Below, piece by piece: positions 46,322 through 52,573 of a stretch of 52,573 nucleotides of DNA. Positions within the stretch are counted from its first letter, which is position 1, and each line of letters starts with the position of its first letter. Source of the stretch: a virus; IMG/VR virus record IMGVR_UViG_3300045988_103312, positions 1-52,573 of that record; one strand, written 5' to 3'. Under the pieces are notes generated by a model. That model did not search any database. It had not been told where the DNA came from and was given only the letters and a program-made list of their open reading frames with translations. The position numbers and the translations under genes were made by a program.

Positions 46322-47860
46322 ATGATCTGCGCCATGTACCTGCGCAAGTCCCGCGCGGACTACGAGGCCGAAGCCCGCGGCGAGGGGGAGACGCTGGCCA
46401 AGCATCGCGAAACACTGCTGGCCGTCGCAAAGGCCCGCGATCTGACCGTCACCGACGTATTTTCCGAACTTGTATCCGGCGACACCATCGCCGAGCGCCC
46501 GGAGATGCAGCGGCTCATGCGTGCCGTGGAGCGCGGCGATTACGACGCGGTGCTCTGCATGGACATTGACCGCCTCGGGCGCGGCGACGGAGCCGACCAG
46601 TCCGCCATCCTCAAGACGCTCAAGTACTCGGACACCATCGTCATCACGCCTTACAAGGACTACAACACCCGCCGGGAGATGGACGAGGAATTTTTTGAGT
46701 ACTCCCAGTTTATCGCCAGGTCTGAATACAAGCGCATCAAGCGCCGCATGTGGGCAGGCCGCGTCGCCTCCGTCAAGGAGGGGAAGTGGATCAGCCCCAA
46801 GGCGCCGTTTGGCTATCGGCGCGTTCGCATTGAGCCTGGGCGCGGCTGGACGCTGACTCCAGAGCCCTCCGAAGCCGAAGCGGTGCGCAGCATGTTTGCC
46901 TGGTATGCCTCGGGCGAGTGCGGCAAAAATACCATTGCCCGGCGCATCAACGATATGGGCTTCCGGACTTATGGCGGGAAAAACTTTGATCCGTCGGAAA
47001 TTCGATCAATACTGACCAATCCCGTCTATATTGGCAAAATTCGCTGGAATTACCGCCATCAAAATATCGAAATGAAGGACGGCAAGGAGATCGTCACCCG
47101 CCCGCGGTCATCTGAGTGTCTTGTCTCTGACGGCCTGCATCCGGCCATTGTCGACAAGGATGTTTTTGACGCCGTTCAGCGGTGCTTTACTAGTCTCGGC
47201 GACCCATGCGTACCCTTTCGGCGCGAGATGGTCAACCCGCTCAGCGGTCTGATGCACTGCGCCGAATGCGGCCGGGCCATGCACATGGTCCCAGAATATA
47301 AGCGCTACGGAGTGGACGCTACCTATCGCTGCCGGAAAATAGGCGGCTGCGCCACCACAACCATTGAAGCGAAATACGTATATGACGCGCTGCTTTTCGC
47401 GTTGAGGCAATGGTCAACGTATGGCGATAGTGATGGTTATGCGCCGGATTGCGCTGCTCCTGTCAATGATACGCTGCCGCAAATTCGAGCGGTTTCCGCG
47501 CAGATCACCCAGCTGCGCAATCAATTATCCAAGCTCCAAGATTTGCTTGAAACTGGCGTATACAGCGCCGATACCTACGTCGAGCGCAGCAAGGTCATCA
47601 ATGACCGTATCGCCGCTGCGTCAGCCACACTGGCCGAACTTCGTCAGTCTCAGCCCGTCGACGAGCACGCCGCCATCATCCGGCTGAAGCCTAAGATCAG
47701 GCATTTGCTCGACACGTGGGATGATTCAACACCCGCCGAAAAAAACGCGCTGCTTCGGACAATTGTCCGGGAGATCAAGTACAAAAAAACGCGGCGGTGC
47801 TTCCGAAACGAAAACCCCGCCGAATATCTTACGTTGACTATCTATCCCATTGTGGATTAA
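46322..47860 (+). CDS. int: Large serine recombinase (integrase)
   Basis: Resolvase N-domain (YLRKSRAD...catalytic Ser, DIDRLGRG), recombinase domain, zinc ribbon CAECGRAMH...CRK, C-terminal coiled coil. Confidence 0.92.
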   Translation: MICAMYLRKSRADYEAEARGEGETLAKHRETLLAVAKARDLTVTDVFSELVSGDTIAERPEMQRLMRAVERGDYDAVLCMDIDRLGRGDGADQSAILKTLKYSDTIVITPYKDYNTRREMDEEFFEYSQFIARSEYKRIKRRMWAGRVASVKEGKWISPKAPFGYRRVRIEPGRGWTLTPEPSEAEAVRSMFAWYASGECGKNTIARRINDMGFRTYGGKNFDPSEIRSILTNPVYIGKIRWNYRHQNIEMKDGKEIVTRPRSSECLVSDGLHPAIVDKDVFDAVQRCFTSLGDPCVPFRREMVNPLSGLMHCAECGRAMHMVPEYKRYGVDATYRCRKIGGCATTTIEAKYVYDALLFALRQWSTYGDSDGYAPDCAAPVNDTLPQIRAVSAQITQLRNQLSKLQDLLETGVYSADTYVERSKVINDRIAAASATLAELRQSQPVDEHAAIIRLKPKIRHLLDTWDDSTPAEKNALLRTIVREIKYKKTRRCFRNENPAEYLTLTIYPIVD

Positions 47861-47883
47861 TTTTTTGCAGAGAATAGAGACAA

Positions 47884-47915
47884 CCTTGTGGTCGCGATTC
47901 ATCGCGACCACAAGG
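47884..47915. other. Candidate attP core: 15-bp perfect inverted repeats around a TC dinucleotide (also a possible bidirectional terminator)
   Basis: ccttgtggtcgcgat tc atcgcgaccacaagg, 24 nt after the integrase stop. Confidence 0.45.
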
Positions 47916-47932
47916 CTCCCACTATTATTTTG

Positions 47933-48253
47933 CTACTTCCAGCCATCGATCATCGCCTTAACCTCGGCGGTCTTGGCGATGAGGTCGTTGTGGATGGCTT
48001 CCCACGCGGCGATCATGCCGTCGGCGTAGGCGGGCTTTTGCTTGTACTCCTCGGAGGCCTTGTAGCCCTCGATCAGCTTCTTCACCACGGCGTGGCCGTT
48101 GGTGTTGAAATTGATGTGGGCCGCGGCCATCTCGCGATACCACGCGGCGGCCTCGGGATGCTCCGCCTTTAGGTCGTAGGCCGTGCGGATTTTGCCTCGG
48201 GCCTCCTCGATGTTTCCGGCGATGTCGTTGCTCAGGCGCTTGATGATCTTCAT
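47933..48253 (-). CDS. Hypothetical all-helical 106-aa protein (cargo operon gene 5)
   Basis: Track ORF; no motif. Confidence 0.6.
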   Translation of the reverse strand: MKIIKRLSNDIAGNIEEARGKIRTAYDLKAEHPEAAAWYREMAAAHINFNTNGHAVVKKLIEGYKASEEYKQKPAYADGMIAAWEAIHNDLIAKTAEVKAMIDGWK

Positions 48254-48265
48254 ATCTGCGCCTCC

Positions 48266-48700
48266 TTAGGCCAGCTTGACCGCGCTGGCGCATACGTGGC
48301 TGACCGTTCCGGCAGCGCCGCTCACGCGCGCGCTGATGACGGGCTGGATCGCGCAGCAGGTGGCCAGCCGCACCACCGTCTCCACGTGCTGGGTGATTTC
48401 GCCTCCTGCCGCCACGGTATCCGTGGTCATCGCGCAGGGCATGGGCGTGGAGCCGTTGTAGAGCTGGAGCACCTGAGCGCCCGCCGCGCCGGGGGTGCTG
48501 GTCACGTCAAAACTGACGCGGAACAGGCCGCCGGCGTTGATTCGGAATCCGCCGCTCTGGGTGGTGATGGAGCAGCCGGTGTCGGTGATCTGGGTGCCGA
48601 GCACGTTGATGGTCGTCCCCTCGGCGGTGTAGGTCTGCAAAGCGGCGTTGTACGCGGCCTGCGCAGACTTCTGGTGGATGTTTTTGCAATTACAGGACAT
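48266..48700 (-). CDS. C1q/TNF-like (BclA C-terminal-domain-like) protein (cargo gene 4)
   Basis: GGFRINAGGLFRVSFDVTSTPGAAGAQVLQLYNGSTPMP...VVRLA beta-sandwich pattern; GGAAGGAG SD. Confidence 0.5.
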   Translation of the reverse strand: MSCNCKNIHQKSAQAAYNAALQTYTAEGTTINVLGTQITDTGCSITTQSGGFRINAGGLFRVSFDVTSTPGAAGAQVLQLYNGSTPMPCAMTTDTVAAGGEITQHVETVVRLATCCAIQPVISARVSGAAGTVSHVCASAVKLA

Positions 48701-48783
48701 ATTATTCTCCTTCCATTTACAGCGCCCGCCCGGCGCATGGCTCGGACGGGCGCAGGCGCTGTTATAACGCGTATGTCAGTTGG

Positions 48784-49482
48784 TTACGCGACGTAACCGG
48801 CTCCGCAGCTTCCGCAGCCCTGCGCGGCGTAGGGGTTGTAGCCCGACTGATACGGGCTGCACGTCAGGTACGCCGGCACAGGGGTCTTGTTGATGGCCGA
48901 GAGCAGCGTGTTGGTCTGCGACAGCGTGCCGAGCTGGAGCTGGGCCGCCTGCAGGTTGTCGCGCAGCTCCTGCATGGTGTTGGCGTTGATGAGCGCGCGG
49001 GTGGCCTCGCCCTCCGCGTGGATCGCCGTCTTCACGTCGCAGCAGCACTGCGCCTGCTGGGCCTGCATGGCCTGAGCCTGCAGGGCCGCGTCGTAGCGGT
49101 TCTGCATGATTTCCTTCTGGGTGGTGCAGCAACACTGCTGGGCGGCGAAGCGATTCTCCATGATGGATTTGTCGATGCCGGCCATACCGAGCTGGGTGTT
49201 GTAGCGGTTCTCCAGCACGTCGCGCTGCACGCCGAACTGGTCGCGCATCAGGCCGTTCTGGTTGCGGAGGATTTCGGCGGTGTTAAAGCCGTCGGCCATC
49301 TCGCCGCGGGTGAGCGCGCCCTGAAGGCCGGCATTGCCGTTGCCCCACAGACCGCCGCCCATCATGCCGAATACGAGGAAGAGCACGACGATCCAGAAGA
49401 AACCGCCGTCGCCGAAGAAGCCGTCGCAGTTGCGATCCTTATTGGTCACGGCCGCGATGTCGGCAAGGGTCATATTGTCCAT
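48784..49482 (-). CDS. Cys-rich single-pass membrane protein with ENRY-type repeats (cargo gene 3)
   Basis: TM FFWIVVLFLVFGMMGGGLWG; LENRYNTQ / MENRFAAQ / MQNRYDAA; CCC x2; GCGSCGAGY tail; AAGGAG SD. Confidence 0.65.
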   Translation of the reverse strand: MDNMTLADIAAVTNKDRNCDGFFGDGGFFWIVVLFLVFGMMGGGLWGNGNAGLQGALTRGEMADGFNTAEILRNQNGLMRDQFGVQRDVLENRYNTQLGMAGIDKSIMENRFAAQQCCCTTQKEIMQNRYDAALQAQAMQAQQAQCCCDVKTAIHAEGEATRALINANTMQELRDNLQAAQLQLGTLSQTNTLLSAINKTPVPAYLTCSPYQSGYNPYAAQGCGSCGAGYVA

Positions 49483-49537
49483 TTAGGTCACTCCTTTTTG
49501 ATATTTATCCTCAGCCCGTAGCGCTCCGGGCAAAGAA

Positions 49538-49756
49538 TCATCCCTTGAAAAATCCCTGCATCTGCTCGGCGATCTGCTTCGCCTGCTCAAGCTGCTGGGC
49601 GTTGATCTGGCCGCTTTGCAGCATCTCGTTGATCTTCTGCTGGGCCGCCTGGGGCGACCACATCTGCCGAAATTGCCGGAACTGCTGAAGCATCTGCATC
49701 CCCGGCATCTGGGCGTTGGCCTGTTTGGCCATCATGCCGATGAGAGGGTTGCTCAC
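49538..49756 (-). CDS. Gln/Met-rich 72-aa protein (cargo gene 2)
   Basis: GMQMLQQFRQFRQMWSPQAAQQKINEMLQSGQINAQQLEQAKQIAEQMQGFF; ATGA-type overlap with gene 1. Confidence 0.6.
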   Translation of the reverse strand: MSNPLIGMMAKQANAQMPGMQMLQQFRQFRQMWSPQAAQQKINEMLQSGQINAQQLEQAKQIAEQMQGFFKG

Positions 49757-50181
49757 AGGTTGATCCCTCCCAGCGCGTTTTCAAGCTGCGACAACTTGTC
49801 CGACACAGCCTTGATCTCGTCCTTGGTGGCAAACTGCGATACGTCGATCTGGGGCGCGGGCGCAGCCTGCGTCTGGGCCTGCGGGTCGATTTCCAGCAGC
49901 CGGAACGACTTGAGCGTCGCCGTGCCCATGCTGTCCACGGCCTTGACGTGGATGACCGGGTCGTTGTTGTCCATCATCCACGCCGTCTGTCCGGGCTGGA
50001 CGATGTGGTCGCGCGCGCCCTGCACACCGTTGACGTAAATCCACGACACATTGCTCTGCGCGCCGCTGTTCTGCGGCGGCACCTGTTGCGTCATTTGCAT
50101 CATCTGCGGCTGAGGGGGCATGTAGTTGGCGTTGAAATATCCCGGCACAGCGGGCTGGGGAAATGGGTAGTTATAAGCCAT
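49753..50181 (-). CDS. P/Q/M-rich N-tail + small beta domain protein, weakly GerQ-like (cargo gene 1)
   Basis: ATG 50181 six nt after GAGGTG; MAYNYPFPQPAVPGYFNANYMPPQPQMMQMTQQ...; GARDHIVQPGQTAWMMD. Confidence 0.6.
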   Translation of the reverse strand: MAYNYPFPQPAVPGYFNANYMPPQPQMMQMTQQVPPQNSGAQSNVSWIYVNGVQGARDHIVQPGQTAWMMDNNDPVIHVKAVDSMGTATLKSFRLLEIDPQAQTQAAPAPQIDVSQFATKDEIKAVSDKLSQLENALGGINL

Positions 50182-50361
50182 GCGTTGCACCTCGCTTTCT
50201 GATGCTATTTTCGCATGAGTAGCAGATGGGCGCGGGAAGTTATGCGGGGTTTGTGTGAAAAATCAAAAAAAGTGAAGAGATTGAAGATACAACACAAGAA
50301 AAAACGCAAGAGCATCAAAAAAGAAGTGAATTTTGATGATACACTTGCAGAAATCCCGGCC

Positions 50362-50402
50362 AAAAATGAAAATACCGGCATCCCAATTACAGGAATGCCG
50401 GT
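50362..50402 (-). terminator. Intrinsic terminator of the three-gene moron
   Basis: Minus strand accggcat...atgccggt stem followed by attttcattttt. Confidence 0.65.
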
Positions 50403-50415
50403 GCTTGTTGATTAC

Positions 50416-50745
50416 TTAGCTTTTGAGGCTGTCCTCTATCGCTTTCTGCATCATTGCAATTGCAGTGTTCTTATATACGGGTTTCCAGCCCCAGTAGTCA
50501 TCTCCTTTGACCATTTCATATTTATTGTGTACCATATACCATCCGCCATCAAATTGATCTCGGTATTCGGCCTCCAGTTCTTCCGCCGATGCATCATTCC
50601 CCAAGTCTCTCCACGTAAAAGTTACCTTGTATTTGTTCCCTCTGCCGCTTGCCCACTCAAACGCTTTTTCTGCATTGTCAAATACACCACTGTCAAAACA
50701 CAATCCATCCCGGTTTATGAGGTCTACTCTAATTGCACCCTTCAT
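50416..50745 (-). CDS. Hypothetical 109-aa protein (moron gene 3)
   Basis: AAGGAGGAAAAG SD; AT-rich; no motif. Confidence 0.65.
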   Translation of the reverse strand: MKGAIRVDLINRDGLCFDSGVFDNAEKAFEWASGRGNKYKVTFTWRDLGNDASAEELEAEYRDQFDGGWYMVHNKYEMVKGDDYWGWKPVYKNTAIAMMQKAIEDSLKS

Positions 50746-50764
50746 TTTCTTTTCCTCCTTGCTC

Positions 50765-50974
50765 CTATTGCATCAATTCGTCCATTGTACAATGCAACGC
50801 ATCTGTAAGTTTCAGCAACGCTACCCCATTCGGCGTGTGTTTCCCAGTTTCCCAGCGGGCAATCATTGCTTGGGTAGTGCCGATCGCTTCTGCGAGCTGC
50901 TTTTGTGTCAGCCCCAGCGCGATACGACGCTGGGCAATCAGGCTGTTGTTGGTAACCCTTGGGTCAGTTCGCAT
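50765..50974 (-). CDS. XRE-family HTH regulator (moron gene 2, Aca-like)
   Basis: ATG 50974 nine nt after GGAGG; RRIALGLTQKQLAEAIGTTQAMIARWETGKHTP. Confidence 0.8.
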   Translation of the reverse strand: MRTDPRVTNNSLIAQRRIALGLTQKQLAEAIGTTQAMIARWETGKHTPNGVALLKLTDALHCTMDELMQ

Positions 50975-51533
50975 TGGCACCTTCCTCCTTTCTGCGACAA
51001 TCAGGTTTATTCAACGCAAATCTTGTCACGGTATAATAAGGCGCCCAGTTCCCGATTTCGTCAATCTTGGATTCATATTCACGCTTACATTCTAACGCTT
51101 TTTCTTTTTTGTCATACACTCCAACAATCGGGGCTTCATCATTGAGAGTGCCAGGATTGCCGTGGCGCATAACTACGTATACAGCAACTTCTTCATCAAT
51201 TCCATCGTTTTCGGCCGTCTCCGCCATGTCTTCGGTTGCTTCGGTTTCTTCGGGCACGAGGATACTAATGATTGTATCAAGCTGGGCAGCGCATTCTTCG
51301 CCGTGCCCCATGCTGCGAGTGGCAATTTCATCGTTCGCAAGGTCGATCCACATCTTGCCATTAAAGCGATCATAACGATTAACGGCGAATCTTCCCGGAA
51401 ATTCATCACAATTGGCAGTCCATGCATCCACAGCAGTGAGGTCAATATATAGTCTCTCTATTCCATTTTTCCTCCAAAGACGAGCCAGTTTATTTTCGAT
51501 CAGCGCCTCGATAACTTTTTTAGTGTACTTCAT
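50964..51533 (-). CDS. Hypothetical 189-aa protein (moron gene 1)
   Basis: GGAGGG SD; AT-rich; acidic central tract EETEATEDMAETAENDGIDEE. Confidence 0.65.
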   Translation of the reverse strand: MKYTKKVIEALIENKLARLWRKNGIERLYIDLTAVDAWTANCDEFPGRFAVNRYDRFNGKMWIDLANDEIATRSMGHGEECAAQLDTIISILVPEETEATEDMAETAENDGIDEEVAVYVVMRHGNPGTLNDEAPIVGVYDKKEKALECKREYESKIDEIGNWAPYYTVTRFALNKPDCRRKEEGANAN

Positions 51534-51598
51534 GATTTCCCTCCACTTTCTGCGGCTCTGCCGCCGGTCGCTCTTGCTTCCCTCAACCTTGTGACTAT

Positions 51599-51627
51599 AT
51601 TATATATCATTTTTGATATATTGTCAA
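51599..51627 (-). promoter_or_regulatory. Perfect consensus promoter TTGACA-17-TATAAT with embedded 8-4-8 palindrome
   Basis: Minus TTGACA 51627-51622, TATAAT 51604-51599; palindrome atatatca tttt tgatatat at 51602-51621. Confidence 0.65.
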
Positions 51628-51671
51628 GCCTTTTTACGGGGTTTTCCAAAACTTTTTTTGCAAAAAAAGCC

Positions 51672-51706
51672 AAAAGAAAAAAGGCCGGCGGATTGCTCCA
51701 CCGGCC
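51672..51706 (-). terminator. Intrinsic terminator ending the late/lysis operon
   Basis: Minus strand ggccggtgg agcaatc cgccggcc followed by ttttttctttt. Confidence 0.75.
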
Positions 51707-51713
51707 TGAAAGC

Positions 51714-51968
51714 CTACATACATTTATCTACCGCCTGCATCACCAGCTCGATGCGCGGGACGATCTGCCCGCGCAGGCGCTTGGAAACGGCGCTCCTGTC
51801 CATGCCCACCGCTGCGGCGATGTCCGCATAGTCCATGCCCCAGACGAGGCGAGAGGCGGCGATATGCACATCTGACGGCGCGAGCCGCGCCTCGATGATG
51901 AGGCGCGACATCACCGACGAGGTCACGCCGTCAAACTGCGGGTACTCGTCGTATTTCATCATATGCAC
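51714..51968 (-). CDS. Small sigma-70 region-4-like HTH protein
   Basis: WGMDYADIAAAVGMDRSAVSKRLRG; last gene before the late terminator. Confidence 0.5.
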   Translation of the reverse strand: MHMMKYDEYPQFDGVTSSVMSRLIIEARLAPSDVHIAASRLVWGMDYADIAAAVGMDRSAVSKRLRGQIVPRIELVMQAVDKCM

Positions 51969-51980
51969 GGCCTCCCGGGG

Positions 51981-52340
51981 TTATTCCTCGGGAGGTTTTT
52001 CGTCTTCGGCTTTGGTTTCCTCCTCCCGTGCTTTCGTTTCGCTGGGGGAGTAAGTGTGCAGGGCATCCATGTTTTCTTTAATAATTGCCTCGATTTCGCT
52101 GCGATCCACGCTGTAGCCGCGCTGACTGAGCTGGTAGATTACCCAGTCCAGTTTCTCAGAGCCGTTTTTGGCTCCGTAGAGCTGTTCGGCGGCAAAGACC
52201 ATCGTCTTGATGGTCGCCTTGAGCAGCGCCTGCTGCTCGTTGGTCGTCCGCGCCTTGATCCACGGGATCAGCTTGTAGGTAATCAGCACCGCCAGCAGCG
52301 CGATGATTGCCTGGATGATGGGGGTCAGATTGATGTTCAT
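51981..52340 (-). CDS. Holin (LL-H-like family)
   Basis: N-terminal TM MNINLTPIIQAIIALLAVLITYKLIPWI, then soluble charged domain, as in LL-H-type holins; lysis cassette position. Confidence 0.65.
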   Translation of the reverse strand: MNINLTPIIQAIIALLAVLITYKLIPWIKARTTNEQQALLKATIKTMVFAAEQLYGAKNGSEKLDWVIYQLSQRGYSVDRSEIEAIIKENMDALHTYSPSETKAREEETKAEDEKPPEE

Positions 52341-52358
52341 GGTTTTTCTCCTTTCTTG

Positions 52359-52573
52359 CTATACCCCTTTGATGATGTAGCCCACCGCCACGCCGACGGC
52401 GGCCAGCACGACGTATTTGACGATCTCAAAGGCCAGTTTCTTCCATTTGTCTCCCGGCTCCCGCTCGATCACGTCGATGCGCTTGCCCAGCTTGTCCACC
52501 TTGCCGTCGATGCTGTTAATCGTAGACAGGATATTTTGCTGAGCGTTGGATATGTTTTGGATGTCCAGCAGCA
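52359..52573 (-). CDS. XhlA-like protein, 3' part (continuation of the ORF starting at nt 188; last 55 nt duplicate nt 1-55)
   Basis: ...INSIDGKVDKLGKRIDVIEREPGDKWKKLAFEIVKYVVLAAVGVAVGYIIKGV, stop TAG 52359-52361. Confidence 0.6.
   Translation of the reverse strand, partial: LLDIQNISNAQQNILSTINSIDGKVDKLGKRIDVIEREPGDKWKKLAFEIVKYVVLAAVGVAVGYIIKGV
52519..52573. repeat. Terminal direct repeat, second copy (identical to nt 1-55)
   Basis: Read directly. Confidence 0.95.

Noticed and set aside
1-52573. tRNA, rRNA, CRISPR arrays, transposase/IS elements, reverse transcriptases.
   Set aside because: No cloverleaf-like or rRNA-like segments, spaced repeat arrays, or DDE/RT motifs were noticed on either strand by eye. 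A tRNAscan/Infernal run would be needed to exclude small RNAs formally.

Overview
Complete genome of a temperate siphovirus-type phage. The contig ends share an identical 55-nt overlap, so it closes into a 52,518-bp circle. The host is probably a high-GC Gram-positive, likely clostridial (GGAGG Shine-Dalgarno sites, LL-H-type holin plus XhlA-like protein, large serine integrase). About 90 genes, nearly all on the minus strand, with no rRNA, tRNA or CRISPR array seen by eye.

Minus strand, reading downward:
- Cro-like gene and small early genes (42965-39573).
- A second operator-controlled consensus promoter (~39350) driving a recombination/replication module (39284-33700): Gp157-like, Sak4-like ATPase, DUF669-type SSB, DnaD-like initiator with internal iterons, RusA.
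- A run of small Cys-rich genes with MazG, a ThyX-like protein and two Lar-like proteins (33323-25911).
- Late regulator, TerS, TerL, portal, MuF, scaffold, coat, connectors, tail tube, chaperone with -1 frameshift, tape measure, Dit, 1618-aa Tal/RBP, collagen-like fibre and lectin (25909-1823).
- HNH, endolysin, XhlA-like protein and holin (1805 across the junction to 51981).

Plus strand: CI-like repressor, membrane-anchored XRE protein, DUF4041/T5orf172 protein, serine integrase (43136-47860) and a DUF4145 gene (41901-42566).

Most unusual observations:
1. TerL is encoded in two pieces ending and starting with the halves of an intact-looking split intein. A free-standing DNA adenine methyltransferase gene, with ten in-frame 9-bp repeats, sits in the gap.
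2. An HNH endonuclease gene lies inside the 5' end of the endolysin gene, with a synonymously recoded duplication of the first lysin codons.
3. The MuF protein carries an AT-rich, nuclease-toxin-like C-terminal module.
4. A five-gene cargo operon next to attP has a spore-coat/exosporium-like protein vocabulary.
5. An acr/aca-like three-gene moron has a palindrome-occupied consensus promoter.
6. Several lysogen-side candidate defence genes are present.

The visibly AT-rich islands all coincide with accessory insertions. All domain calls are by-eye motif recognition; no searches were run.
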